Assembly: GCA_965225945.1 (NCBI GenBank)
Contig: CBDDBZ010000038.1
Span: 480,001-544,000 of the forward strand
Length of the DNA: 64,000 bases
Origin: Alphaproteobacteria bacterium
GTDB taxonomy: Bacteria; Pseudomonadota; Alphaproteobacteria; GCA-2731375
Reading direction: 5' to 3'
Positions within the stretch are counted from its first letter, which is position 1, and each line of letters begins with the position of its first letter. Below the pieces are notes generated by a model that was not told the DNA's origin, searched no databases, and saw only the letters and a program-made list of their open reading frames with translations. The position numbers and the translations under genes were made by a program. This document shows positions 39,974 to 49,955 of this stretch, piece by piece.

Positions 39974-41983
39974 ATGTCGCGCGAGATCATGCGCCTGATG
40001 GCCGCGGCGACCAACAAGGGCCAAGCCTACGACCTGTCGGAGGAAATTCCGACCAACCAGTCCGACGCCGCGACGCTGGGCGACGTCATCCACCGGCGTT
40101 ACCGCCGCCGCACGGTGCTCAAGGGGGCGCTGGCGGTCTCGGCGATCGCGGCGGTGGCGGGATCGGGCGTCCTCAGCGCGGCACGGGAGGCACGCGCCGC
40201 CTCGGGACGTTTCTCCTTCACGGAGATCGAACACGGGGCCGACGGAACCCATCACGTGGCGCCCGGCTACGATGCCGATATTCTGATTCGTTGGGGCGAT
40301 CCGGTGACCGCCGACGCGCCCGCCTTCGATCCCCACAAGCAGACGCCGGAGGCCCAGGAGCGGCAGTTCGGCTACAACAACGACTATATCGGCTATCTGC
40401 CGCTGCCGGCCGGTTCCGACAACTCCGAGCACGGCCTGCTCTTCGTCAATCACGAATACACCAACGAGGAACTGATGTTTCCCGGCCTCGGCAAGCAGGA
40501 TCGCAAGGCGAAGTTCTCCGGCATGACGCGGCCGTTGATCGACATCGAGATGTCGGCGCACGGCGGCTCGGTCATCGAGGTGAAGAAGGAAAACGGAAAG
40601 TGGCGGGTGGTCGCGGGCAGCCGCCATGCGCGGCGGATCACCACGCGGACCACGCCGATGGTGCTCTCCGGCCCCGCCGCCGGCGACGAGGCGATGAAGG
40701 CCTCGGCCGATTCGACCGGCACCAAGGTCGTCGGCATGCTCAACAATTGCGCTGGCGGAACCACTCCGTGGGGCACGGTGCTGACCGGCGAGGAGAACAT
40801 TCGCGGCTACTTCTGGACCGACGGCGATCGCAAGAAGGTCGCCAAGCGTTACAAACGCTATGGTGTTCCCGGCAAGTGGTACGCCTGGGGCAAGTTCCAC
40901 GATCGCTTCAACATCGACAAGGAACCGAACGAATCCAACCGCTTCGGCTATATCGTCGAGATCGATCCCTATGATGCGGACTCGGTGCCGATAAAGCGCA
41001 CCGCGCTCGGTCGGATGGCGCACGAGGGGGCCAACGTCATCGTCAACGGCGACGGTCGCGTCGTCGCCTACACCGGAGACGACGCGCGCTTCGAATACCT
41101 CTACAAGTTCGTTTCCGTCGGCCGCTTCGATGCCGACGATCGCGCCGCGAACCGCGACCTGCTGGACGACGGCACGCTCTACGTCGCCCGGTTCGACGCC
41201 GACGGGTCCATCGCTTGGCTGCCGCTCGTGCACGGCCGGGGGCCGTTGACCACGGCGAAGGGTTTCGCCTCGCAGGCGGACATCTGCATTCGCACGCGCC
41301 AAGCGGCCGACGCGGTGGGCGCGACGCCGATGGACCGACCCGAGGATGTCGAGCCGAACCTGAAGACCGGCAAGGTCTACGTCATGCTCACCAACAATTC
41401 GAAGCGCAAGCCCGACCAGGTGGACGCGGCAAATCCCAGGGCGAAGAACAGTTTCGGCCACATTGTCGAGATCACGCCCGCCGAGGGCGATCACGCGGCG
41501 ACGACGGCCAAGTGGGAAATCCTGATCAAGGCGGGCGATCCCAGGGTCGCGAAGGTCGGCGCGATGTATCACCCGGCGACGTCCGAGAACGGCTGGTTCG
41601 CCTCACCCGACAACTGCGCCGTCGACAACCAGGGCCGGCTTAGGGTGACTACGGATCAGGGTCGCAATTGGGGCAAGACGCAGACCGCCGACGGCGTCTA
41701 CGCGGTGGAGACAGAAGGCGAGATGCGCGGCCATTCCAAGATGTTCTTCCGCACGCCGATCGGCGCCGAGATGTGCGGCCCCGTATTCACCCCGGACGAC
41801 CGCACGCTGTTCCTGGCGGTGCAGCATCCGGCCGCCGACGGCACCAAGGACTACAAGGACTTCGAGCGCGCCTCGACGTTCGAGGATCCGGCCACCCGTT
41901 GGCCCGACTTCGACGACGGGATGCCGGTCAGGCCGAGCGTGGTCGTGGTCACCAAGAAGGACGGCGGCGTGATCGGCGGGTGA
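39974..41983 (+). CDS. phoX: PhoX family alkaline phosphatase (Tat-exported)
   Basis: RRTVLKG Tat signal, FGYNND, VNHEY, NCAGGTTPWGTVLTGEEN, MDRPED, SPDN, QHP. Confidence 0.93.
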   Translation: MSREIMRLMAAATNKGQAYDLSEEIPTNQSDAATLGDVIHRRYRRRTVLKGALAVSAIAAVAGSGVLSAAREARAASGRFSFTEIEHGADGTHHVAPGYDADILIRWGDPVTADAPAFDPHKQTPEAQERQFGYNNDYIGYLPLPAGSDNSEHGLLFVNHEYTNEELMFPGLGKQDRKAKFSGMTRPLIDIEMSAHGGSVIEVKKENGKWRVVAGSRHARRITTRTTPMVLSGPAAGDEAMKASADSTGTKVVGMLNNCAGGTTPWGTVLTGEENIRGYFWTDGDRKKVAKRYKRYGVPGKWYAWGKFHDRFNIDKEPNESNRFGYIVEIDPYDADSVPIKRTALGRMAHEGANVIVNGDGRVVAYTGDDARFEYLYKFVSVGRFDADDRAANRDLLDDGTLYVARFDADGSIAWLPLVHGRGPLTTAKGFASQADICIRTRQAADAVGATPMDRPEDVEPNLKTGKVYVMLTNNSKRKPDQVDAANPRAKNSFGHIVEITPAEGDHAATTAKWEILIKAGDPRVAKVGAMYHPATSENGWFASPDNCAVDNQGRLRVTTDQGRNWGKTQTADGVYAVETEGEMRGHSKMFFRTPIGAEMCGPVFTPDDRTLFLAVQHPAADGTKDYKDFERASTFEDPATRWPDFDDGMPVRPSVVVVTKKDGGVIGG

Positions 41984-42004
41984 GCGGGCGGCGACCTTGA
42001 GCCT

Positions 42005-43054
42005 TTACGCCGCCGCTTGCGCCCGGAAGTGGGGGGCGACCTCGGCCATGAAGCGGCGGAGGCTCGCCATCGCATCCTCGTGCGCCATGGGGCCGAGGCG
42101 GAAGCTCAAGATCAGGCCGCCGACGCCGGTCGCGGCCAATTCGGCGATTCGCTCGCGAACCGTGGCCGGCGCGCCCATGATCAGCGCGTCTTCCGGCCGG
42201 TTGCGGGCGATTTCGCCGCCTTCGTGGTGCAGGCGGAGGCCCTGTTCCCGGTAGACCCGCTCGCGCATCGCCGCGCGGTGCGCCGCCTGTTCGCGGAACG
42301 CCGGCAGCGCGATGCGCTCCGCCTCGCCGTCGCTTGCCGCCACGAAGACGTTGCGCCAGGCCCAGCTCTCGGCGAGGCAACGCCGAATCGTCGCCGGGTC
42401 GTGGCCGGCCTCGGCCATCGCTTCGCGATAGAGGGCGAGGCGGTGGGCGACGGTCGCGCTCGACTGCACGTTCATCATGAACGGGCGGCCGGTCCGCGCC
42501 ATCTCCAGCATCGAGACTTCGCCGCTGGCGGCGCGGATGATCCGGGGGTGCGGCCGGGTATAGGGGCGCGGGCGCAGCAACGGCAGGCGGAGAGTCCAAA
42601 ACCTTCCCCGATGCTCGAAATTCTCCGTCGTCCAGGCCCCGAGCAGGATCTCCTCCGCCTCGATCAGCCGCGCCTGGGCTTCGTCGGGGTCGATCCCATA
42701 GCCGATGTATTCGTAAATGTTGTGCGCCGTGCCCCGGCCGAGGCCGATGATCAGCCGGCCGTGGGAGATGTTGTCCAAGAGCGCCATCTGCTCGGCGAGA
42801 CGGATCGGGTGGTGCAGCGAGACCTGGGCCACGGCGAAGCCGATCTGGATCCGCCGGGTCGAGGCGGCGATGGCGCCGGCGAAGCTCACGGAATCGACAT
42901 AGGCGCAGTTGCCGTCGAAGTGATGCTCGGCGAGCCACAGCACTTCCATGCCCAGTTCGTCGGAGAGGCGCGCCTCGGCAAGCGTCTCGTCGATCACCTG
43001 GCCGTCGCGCTCGGGCACCCGGCTTTCGGGGAACAAAAAGTTACCGAACCGCAT
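42005..43054 (-). CDS. Luciferase-like (LLM) flavin-dependent monooxygenase
   Basis: MRFGNF, WLAEHHF, HPIRLAEQMALLDNISHGRLIIGLGRG. Confidence 0.9.
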   Translation of the reverse strand: MRFGNFLFPESRVPERDGQVIDETLAEARLSDELGMEVLWLAEHHFDGNCAYVDSVSFAGAIAASTRRIQIGFAVAQVSLHHPIRLAEQMALLDNISHGRLIIGLGRGTAHNIYEYIGYGIDPDEAQARLIEAEEILLGAWTTENFEHRGRFWTLRLPLLRPRPYTRPHPRIIRAASGEVSMLEMARTGRPFMMNVQSSATVAHRLALYREAMAEAGHDPATIRRCLAESWAWRNVFVAASDGEAERIALPAFREQAAHRAAMRERVYREQGLRLHHEGGEIARNRPEDALIMGAPATVRERIAELAATGVGGLILSFRLGPMAHEDAMASLRRFMAEVAPHFRAQAAA

Positions 43055-43062
43055 GGCGACTG

Positions 43063-43674
43063 CTAGCCGGCGCGGCCGGACTCGAGGGCGCTTTGCATCA
43101 CCTCCAGGCGATCGTTGCCGAAATACATGTCGTCGTCGTCGATGAAGAAGGTGGGGGTGCCGAAACCGCCCCGGGCGATGATCTCGTCTGTGCTGGCGAA
43201 GAGCCGCTGTTTGATCGCGTCCTCGCCGATTTGGGCGAGAAATTCGGTCGGATCGAACCCGGCCGAGGCGGCGACATCGGCCAACACCGCCGGGTCCGAG
43301 ATATCCCGGTCGTGGCACCAATAGGCCTCGAAGCAGGCCCGGGAATAGGCCGAAACCCGCCCCTCGTCGATGGCGAGGAGGGCGCCCCGGAGCGCTCTGA
43401 CGCTGTTCAACGGGAAGACGCTGGGACGTTTCACCGCCAGACCCAGGTGGCGGGCCCAGTCGACCATGTCCTTGCGGTAATAGTCGTCCTTCGGCGGTAC
43501 CGGATTCTCGCGGCGGTGATAGACCGAGGGGTTCACCTTGTTGAAGACGGCGCCGACCAGAAACGGCTTCCAGACCAGTTCGGCACCGTTGTCGGCGCAA
43601 AAGCCCTCGATCCTCTCGAAGGCGAAATAGGTCCAGGGGCTCGAATAGTCGAAGAAGAATTCGATGGTCGCCAT
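43063..43674 (-). CDS. 2-hydroxychromene-2-carboxylate isomerase/DsbA-kappa GST family
   Basis: IEFFFDYSSPWTY, GGFGTPTF, FGNDRL. Confidence 0.88.
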   Translation of the reverse strand: MATIEFFFDYSSPWTYFAFERIEGFCADNGAELVWKPFLVGAVFNKVNPSVYHRRENPVPPKDDYYRKDMVDWARHLGLAVKRPSVFPLNSVRALRGALLAIDEGRVSAYSRACFEAYWCHDRDISDPAVLADVAASAGFDPTEFLAQIGEDAIKQRLFASTDEIIARGGFGTPTFFIDDDDMYFGNDRLEVMQSALESGRAG

Positions 43675-43865
43675 GCTCCGGCCTCCCCCCCCGCGCGGTC
43701 CCACCGCCGCGCCCGCCGGCCACTCTGACGGATCGGCGAGATTCCGCAACCCGGCGGCGATCGTCTCGGCTGGGGTAACCGGCCTTGGGTGTGGTAATGT
43801 CGCGGACCGCTCGAGTTTCGGACGGCAGCGGCGATCACTTTTTTCATCGATAGGGGGCGGCGACC

Positions 43866-44612
43866 ATGGCCTACGAAGGCATGATTGCGGAGAGCATTTC
43901 GATCAACGGCGACGAGAACGAGCCGATCTCGGCCTATGTTGCGCGGCCGCTGGGTCCAGGGCCTTTCCCTGGCATCGTGCTGATTCATCATGTCCCCGGC
44001 TGGGACGAATGGTACCGCGAGGCGACCCGCAAGTTCGCCCATCACGGCTATGCGGCGATCAGCCATAACCTCTATCACCGCGCCGGCGAAGGCAAAGCCG
44101 ACGATGTCGCCGCCAAGGTGCGCGCCGAGGGCGGCGTCGGGGATGCCCAGGTCATCGGCGATACCGAAGGCGCGGTGGCATGGCTGCGCGCTCAGCCCTG
44201 GCTCAATGGCAAGGTCGGCGTGCTGGGCACCTGTTCGGGCGGGCGCCATACCTTCCTGTTCGCCTGCCATACCGGGAGCATCGACGCCGCGGTCGAACTT
44301 TGGGGCGGCCGGGTGGTGATGAGCGAGGAGGAGCTGACGGAGAAGCAGCCGAGGGCGCCGATCGAATTTACGAAGGACCTTTCCTGCCCTCTGCTCGGTC
44401 TCTTCGGCAATGACGACCGCGCGCCGACCCCGGAGCAGGTGGACCAGCACGAGGCCGAGCTCGAAAAGCACGGTAAGGATTTCGAGTTTCACCGCTACGA
44501 CGGTGCTGGGCACGGCTTCTTCTACTACGACCGGCCCATGTACCGCATCGAGCAGGCGGTGGACGGCTGGCAAAAGGTGTTCGCGTTCTTGGCCGAACAC
44601 TTGGCCGCATAG
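43866..44612 (+). CDS. Dienelactone hydrolase family protein
   Basis: GTCSGG nucleophile elbow, YDGAGHGF. Confidence 0.9.
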   Translation: MAYEGMIAESISINGDENEPISAYVARPLGPGPFPGIVLIHHVPGWDEWYREATRKFAHHGYAAISHNLYHRAGEGKADDVAAKVRAEGGVGDAQVIGDTEGAVAWLRAQPWLNGKVGVLGTCSGGRHTFLFACHTGSIDAAVELWGGRVVMSEEELTEKQPRAPIEFTKDLSCPLLGLFGNDDRAPTPEQVDQHEAELEKHGKDFEFHRYDGAGHGFFYYDRPMYRIEQAVDGWQKVFAFLAEHLAA

Positions 44613-44620
44613 TCGCGGGC

Positions 44621-44899
44621 ATGTGTACCTCGATCGTCGAGATCGCCGCCGCGGACGGCGCCGGCAAGGGCGAGGGGGGGTGGTTCGCGCTCACCCACGC
44701 GGTGGTGTCCTACGACCACCCGCACCATGCTCTGCTGGAAGAGGCCATTACCATCGACTTCGTGAACGCCGCGCTCGGGCCCGGCGCGCGCGCCGCGGTC
44801 GAGCTCACGCTCGGCTCGGCCAAGGAGCTGAGCGGCGCGCTCGCCAGGGCGATCGCGGCGGCCGAGGTCGAGGAAAGCGCGCGTTCACGCAGGGTGTGA
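44621..44899 (+). CDS. Small conserved hypothetical protein (DUF6295-like)
   Basis: MCTSI..GAGKG..GWF..YDHPHHA..AITIDF..RAAVEL; 8 nt after the hydrolase. Confidence 0.65.
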   Translation: MCTSIVEIAAADGAGKGEGGWFALTHAVVSYDHPHHALLEEAITIDFVNAALGPGARAAVELTLGSAKELSGALARAIAAAEVEESARSRRV

Positions 44900-44925
44900 A
44901 GCCGGTCTTGCATTTGAAAAGGGGG

Positions 44926-45021
44926 AAAGGGGTCATTCTACTTTTCCGCCTCCGCTGGCGCTGGCGACAGGAGCCACGAAGAGGCTTGCCGCAGCGACCG
45001 ATAAAGTAGAATGACCCCTTT
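44926..45021. repeat. REP-doublet/MITE-like element, copy 1 (96 bp, perfect 19-bp terminal inverted repeats)
   Basis: AAAGGGGTCATTCTACTTT ... AAAGTAGAATGACCCCTTT. Confidence 0.88.
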
Positions 45022-45185
45022 TCCATTTGCCTCACGCCGGCAATAGTTGGGTAATCTTCGAGCCAATGGTCACGGTCTTCTTGGCGTGAACACATCTGCA
45101 GTTGCAATTTGAGCACTAACTTTGCCGTGTCACCGTCGGGGCGAGTTTGTTCGACAGCTAACCAGAATGGCCCTACATAGACGCC

Positions 45186-46397
45186 ATGGAACGGTTTCGC
45201 GAATTTCGCGACGGTGGCTGGCGGCGGCCCGAGGTTTTGATCCTGGCGATGGCCGGCGCCGTGCCTTTCAGTTTTGCCACCTGGAGCGCGCTGCTGAACA
45301 ATTTCGTCATCGAACGCGCCGCCTTCACCGGCGCCGAAATCGGCATCCTGCAAAGCCTGCGCGAAGTGCCGGGCTTCTTGGCCTTCGGGGTGGTGTTCGT
45401 TCTAATCCTGATGCGAGAGCAGACCCTAGCGCTGGCGTCTCTTCTGCTGCTCGGAATCGGTACGGCGATGGCTGGCTGGTTCCCCACGGTGGTCGGCCTC
45501 TATTGCACGACGGTGCTGATGTCGCTCGGCTATCACTATTACCAGACCATGCAGCAATCTCTCACCCTGCAATGGATCGTGCCAGAGAAGACGCCCGAAA
45601 TGTTGGGCCGCATCCTCGCCGTGGGGTCGGCGACCTCGATCGTCACCTTTGGCATAATCTGGCTGGCGTACGACTTCGCCGCCCTCGAATTTCACTGGGT
45701 CTATATGATCGGCGGCGGCGTGACGGCGGCCGCGGCGCTGGCCTGCTGGACCGCCTATCCACGGTATACCGGCGCCGTGGAGCAGCATCGCCATCTGGTG
45801 ATCAGGCGGCGATATTGGCTGTTCTATCTATTGACCTTCATGGGCGGCGCCCGGCGGCAGATTTTTGTCGTCTTCGCCGGCTTTTTGATGGTCGAAAAGT
45901 TCGGCTTCGGAGTCGACGACATCACCCTTTTGTTCTTGTTGAACGCGGCCATCAACATGTGGCTGGCGCCACGCGTCGGACGGCTTGTTGCGCGCTGGGG
46001 AGAACGCCGCGTCCTGATCTTCGAATATAGCGGTCTGATCGGCGTGTTCGTCGGCTACGCCCTGGTCGAGAACGCCGCCCTGGCCGCCGGCCTCTATGTG
46101 GTTGATCATCTGTTTTTCGCCCTTGCCCTGGCGATCAATACCTACTTTCAAAAGATTGCCGACACCGCCGACATTGCCTCGACGGCGGGGGTCGGCTTTT
46201 CCATCGACCATACGGCGGCGGTGACCATCCCCGTGGTTTTGGGTTTTCTATGGCTGACCTCGCCGGCCATGGTATTTCTGACCGGCGGCGCCATGGCGGC
46301 CTTCTCCCTGCTGCTTGCCTGCAACGTGCCGACGCGGCCGTCACCCGGCAAGGAAACGCTGTTCAGCTTCGGCAGAAAACCAACCCTGGAGAGTTAG
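45186..46397 (+). CDS. MFS transporter
   Basis: About 12 hydrophobic segments; GILQSLREVPGFLAF; visibly more AT-rich than its neighbours. Confidence 0.88.
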   Translation: MERFREFRDGGWRRPEVLILAMAGAVPFSFATWSALLNNFVIERAAFTGAEIGILQSLREVPGFLAFGVVFVLILMREQTLALASLLLLGIGTAMAGWFPTVVGLYCTTVLMSLGYHYYQTMQQSLTLQWIVPEKTPEMLGRILAVGSATSIVTFGIIWLAYDFAALEFHWVYMIGGGVTAAAALACWTAYPRYTGAVEQHRHLVIRRRYWLFYLLTFMGGARRQIFVVFAGFLMVEKFGFGVDDITLLFLLNAAINMWLAPRVGRLVARWGERRVLIFEYSGLIGVFVGYALVENAALAAGLYVVDHLFFALALAINTYFQKIADTADIASTAGVGFSIDHTAAVTIPVVLGFLWLTSPAMVFLTGGAMAAFSLLLACNVPTRPSPGKETLFSFGRKPTLES

Positions 46398-46638
46398 CAT
46401 CCCCGGGATCGATGTTGACCGGCAAGCAGTACAAAGCCCGGCCCCACAGTCGCGCCCACGTTCGAAGGGCAGAAAGCGCGTCCTGCCATTGGCAACCTCG
46501 CACGAACTTTGGTGGTCAGCCGAGCAAGTTACACACTTAGAAGAGACAAAGGGGTCATTCTACTTTTCCGCCTCGGTTGGCGCTGGCGACACGAGCCACG
46601 AAGAGGCCCGCCGCAGCGACCGATTAAGTAGAATCTAA

Positions 46639-47586
46639 TTACGCATCAACCTCAGCCAATTTGAGGAGCCGATATGGCATGGGGGGCGTGCGCAGGGCGT
46701 CGCGTCCGAGGGCCTCGATCATGTCGGCGAGCCGGTAGCGGCGGTTATATCGGTATTGGAACGCCGCCAGGTAGCGCGGAACGTGTTTGGGCCGGATCGC
46801 ATGGTAGGTGCCACGCAGGGTGTTCTTGAGATTGCCGAGGGTGGTGTTGACCCATTTGAAGGCCGGCACGGCGACGGCCCCTGGTCCGGAGCCGGTGGGT
46901 ATCGGATGGTGGGCGCAGCCTTGCGCGGTGACCGCGGTGAAGCAGTTGAGCCCGTCGCTGAAGACGCTCGTCCCGGGGCTCAGGTCGCGCTTGGCCATCT
47001 TGGCGATTTCGGCCTTGCGGAAGCCCTTGACGCGGCGCAGCTTGATGCGCACGGGCTGGCCCTCCGCCGTGGTCTGGACGGCGGCGACGAACGGCGTCTT
47101 GCCCGGCGCGCCCCGGCCGCGCTTGGCCCCGGAACGGCGGCCGCCGAGGTAGGCGTCGTCCATCTCCACCCGCCCGGTGAGCGGCAATTTGGCGTCGCGC
47201 TCGAGCATGGATTGCATCAGTTTCTGCTTGATCTTCCAGGCCGTGGTCTGGGTGACGCCGAGCCGGCGGCCGAGTTCGATGGAGGAGATCCCCTTCTTCG
47301 ATTGGGTCATGTGATAGATCGCCGAAAACCACAGGGTCAGCGCCAGCTTGGTCGCGTGGAAGAGCGTGCCGGCGGTCAGCGAGACTTGATGACGGCAGGC
47401 GGCGCATTGGTAGAGCTTGCGGCCGGCGATCTCGCAATGGCGCGTGGCGCCGCATCGGGGGCAGGAGAAGCCCTCCGGCCAGCGCCAGCGGAACAGGGCC
47501 TCGCGACACTGCTGCTCGGTACCGTACAACTCACGAAAACGCGGCTCGCTGAGCCCCTTCTGGAACTGAACCTTGTTGCGTGGCAT
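46639..47586 (-). CDS. IS1595 transposase
   Basis: NKVQFQKGLS, zinc ribbon CPRC/CAAC, VEMDDAYLGG, FSDG, WVNTTLGNLK, YRYNRR. Confidence 0.93.
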   Translation of the reverse strand: MPRNKVQFQKGLSEPRFRELYGTEQQCREALFRWRWPEGFSCPRCGATRHCEIAGRKLYQCAACRHQVSLTAGTLFHATKLALTLWFSAIYHMTQSKKGISSIELGRRLGVTQTTAWKIKQKLMQSMLERDAKLPLTGRVEMDDAYLGGRRSGAKRGRGAPGKTPFVAAVQTTAEGQPVRIKLRRVKGFRKAEIAKMAKRDLSPGTSVFSDGLNCFTAVTAQGCAHHPIPTGSGPGAVAVPAFKWVNTTLGNLKNTLRGTYHAIRPKHVPRYLAAFQYRYNRRYRLADMIEALGRDALRTPPMPYRLLKLAEVDA

Positions 47587-47697
47587 CGTGAACCCCCTGA
47601 AAAACCGCCAAATGTTGTAACTACCCAGGTCTGATTGGCCCGAGCGTTTGTATGTGAGGGATCGTGGGGGTCCGGGCTGGTAGCGGTGCCGGTGTTC

Positions 47698-49236
47698 TCA
47701 GAGGCGCAGTTGGGGGATTAGTTGCATCGGATCGGGATGCACCAGGGTCTGGAGGACGTTCCAGCCTTGCTTTCGGGCGGTGGCGATGACGGCACGCATT
47801 CTGGCGAAGTTGTAGGCACCCCTCTCGGAGCGGAAGCCACCGGAGATCTTCTGGCGCAGCTTGGCCATTCGGAGGTCACGTTCGGCCTCATTGTTCGTAA
47901 ACGGCGTGCGCGGGTCGGTGAGGAATCGCAGGCATCCCTCCTTGTGCTTGCGGAGGCGGAGCGCGAGGTTATGACCGATGCGGCGTTTCTTTCGTCCGCG
48001 CTTGCCGGTCCGGAGCGGCGGCTGCGCCTCGTGGAAGGCGATGGCGTGGTCGAGGATGCGGGCCCAGGCCCGCGAGATCCGGGCCACCAGGGAGGCGGGC
48101 ACGTCGCGGCCGTTCTCACGGGAGAAGCGGGTAGCCCTGTGTGCGCGCTCAAGGAGGCGGTGCATGCTCTTTGCCCAGTCTTCCTTCTCGATGTCGATCA
48201 GGGCCTGGAGTTCGCGCAGGTGATGGGCGTTGCAGGCGCCGTGGCGCACGCCCTTGAGGGTGAAGTAGGCGGCGTAATCGTCATGGATGAGGATGCCTTC
48301 GAGGTCCTTTTCGACATCGCCGCGTCCCGCGCCGATGCGCAGGACGGTCAGGAATGGGGTGCACAGCACGTGGAGCCAGCGGGTACGGGCGGCGATCCGC
48401 AGGCCGGTTTCGTCGAGGTGCTTGACCGGGACCGCTGTGCGGATCACGTCTGCGACATGGGCGAGGAAGGGCTCGAAGCGCCTGGCGATTCGCCGGCCCA
48501 TGGCGGTGATCGTGGCTGTGGAGATGGACACTGCGAAGAGGTCGCTCATGAGTTCGGCCAAGCGCTTCTCGGGAACGAACTGGGCGTACAGCAGGTAGCT
48601 CACCCAGGCGGTGATGCGTGGCCCGTACTGGACCGGGGCGGTCACGCCGTCCGGGAAGACGGCTCCTGTCACGGTGGCGCAGGCGCCGCAGAGGCAGCGA
48701 TGGGCGCGGTGTTCGGTGACCTCCAGGGGGCGTGGCTCGGGCACATCGAAGACCTGTCGACAGACGGGCGCGCGGTGACGGTCGGCGTCCGACAGCGGTG
48801 CGCCGCAGCCCGAACAGGCGGAGGGGTCATGATCCACAACATGGTCCGGGCTCTCGGTCCGCGCCAGCGTCGTTCCCTTGTGGCCCGGCTGGCCGCCGCT
48901 TGGCCTGCCGGACTTGCCGCGCTGGCTTCGGGTGCGCCTCTGGGTTCCGCTCTTCTTGCGCAGGCCGTCGCTGGCGGGCGGCTTGCTGCTGGTGGTGCTG
49001 TCAAGCGCCGCGCTCCGCTCGAGCTCGGCGATGCGGTCCCGCAGGGTCGCGTTCTCCCGCTCGAGCGCGGCATTCTCCCGGACGAGCGCCGTGGCCAGGC
49101 GCAACAGCCCCTGGCCCCATTCCCGGAAGGCCTTGACGACTGTGATTGCGAAGGATGAGGGGTCAAGAAGATCTTGCAGGCACGCGAAGGCCTCGTCATG
49201 GGCGGCGAGGTCCTCGTGCCAGCGCGACAGCGTCAC
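47698..49236 (-). CDS. IS66 transposase (TnpC, ISBst12-like organisation without tnpA/tnpB)
   Basis: Leucine zipper, SSKPPASDG, GGQPGHKG, CSGCG/CLCG zinc finger, HLDETG, IHDDY, CNAHHLREL, TNNEAERDLR..KISGGFRS. Confidence 0.93.
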   Translation of the reverse strand: MTLSRWHEDLAAHDEAFACLQDLLDPSSFAITVVKAFREWGQGLLRLATALVRENAALERENATLRDRIAELERSAALDSTTSSKPPASDGLRKKSGTQRRTRSQRGKSGRPSGGQPGHKGTTLARTESPDHVVDHDPSACSGCGAPLSDADRHRAPVCRQVFDVPEPRPLEVTEHRAHRCLCGACATVTGAVFPDGVTAPVQYGPRITAWVSYLLYAQFVPEKRLAELMSDLFAVSISTATITAMGRRIARRFEPFLAHVADVIRTAVPVKHLDETGLRIAARTRWLHVLCTPFLTVLRIGAGRGDVEKDLEGILIHDDYAAYFTLKGVRHGACNAHHLRELQALIDIEKEDWAKSMHRLLERAHRATRFSRENGRDVPASLVARISRAWARILDHAIAFHEAQPPLRTGKRGRKKRRIGHNLALRLRKHKEGCLRFLTDPRTPFTNNEAERDLRMAKLRQKISGGFRSERGAYNFARMRAVIATARKQGWNVLQTLVHPDPMQLIPQLRL

Positions 49237-49898
49237 GGGTCCTCGGCATCGACGGCCATCATGGCGGCCAGCACCGCGAGGCGTTCGCCCGCCGGCAAGG
49301 CCTTGTAACGCCGGCCCCAGTTGGCCGCCTTACGCTTGATGCGCTGGCGGTCGGTGAAGTTCCGGCCTGCGTAGCTCGCCCAATGCACCCGGTCGGGCGC
49401 GAAGTTGAACCACACGACCTCGGTCCGCACCTGGGCCTGGGTCGTCACCTGCAGCGCCAGACTGCGCCAGCCCGCCAGCATCTCGTCATAGAGCGCCGAG
49501 GGATGGCCCGAGACCATCACCTGGCAGGGCAGATCCTTGAGCAGGTCCAGGAGCGCGACATGGTCGACCTCCTCGTAGTCGAAGCGATAGCGCCGTGCCG
49601 AACGGCGGGTCGCGTGCAGATAGGGGGGATCGCTGTAGACCAGCTCCGGGCCCAGAAACGGGAACGAGGCCAAAAAGGCATGGGCACAGCCATGCACCAA
49701 CTCGACCGGGTAGTCACAGGCAAAGGCCTCGAGCGCCTGCGCATCGCGGTCGATGCCGATCGAGCGCACGCCCGTTGGCTTGCGCTTCATCAGCGCACCG
49801 CCCCCCAGGTGGCTCTCGATGTAAACGCTGTGCGGCGGCATCAGCGCAATCAGCGCCTGGCACAGACCGCTCGTCGCCTTCGACCCAAAATATTCCAC
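49233..49898 (-). CDS. Compact DNA adenine methyltransferase (Dam/D12-like motif order)
   Basis: YFGSK (motif X), YIESHLGGG (motif I-like), IGID, LVYSDPPY (motif IV), VMVSG, RTEVVW; stop codon overlaps the transposase GTG. Confidence 0.85.
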   Translation of the reverse strand: MEYFGSKATSGLCQALIALMPPHSVYIESHLGGGALMKRKPTGVRSIGIDRDAQALEAFACDYPVELVHGCAHAFLASFPFLGPELVYSDPPYLHATRRSARRYRFDYEEVDHVALLDLLKDLPCQVMVSGHPSALYDEMLAGWRSLALQVTTQAQVRTEVVWFNFAPDRVHWASYAGRNFTDRQRIKRKAANWGRRYKALPAGERLAVLAAMMAVDAEDP

Positions 49899-49924
49899 GC
49901 GCCGCTCCCGTCACACGAGAGCGC

Positions 49925-49955
49925 AACCCATAGACGCCCGATTCTATGGAGTCAA
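49925..49955 (-). promoter_or_regulatory. Candidate sigma70 promoter/operator for the MTase-transposase operon
   Basis: TTGACT-N17-TATGGG; overlapping palindrome CCATAGA-N8-TCTATGG; two GANTC sites (49940-49944, 49949-49953). Confidence 0.5.

Noticed and set aside
49233-49898. Methyltransferase as part of a restriction-modification system
   Set aside because: No nuclease or specificity gene nearby; it lies wholly within the IS66 inverted repeats.
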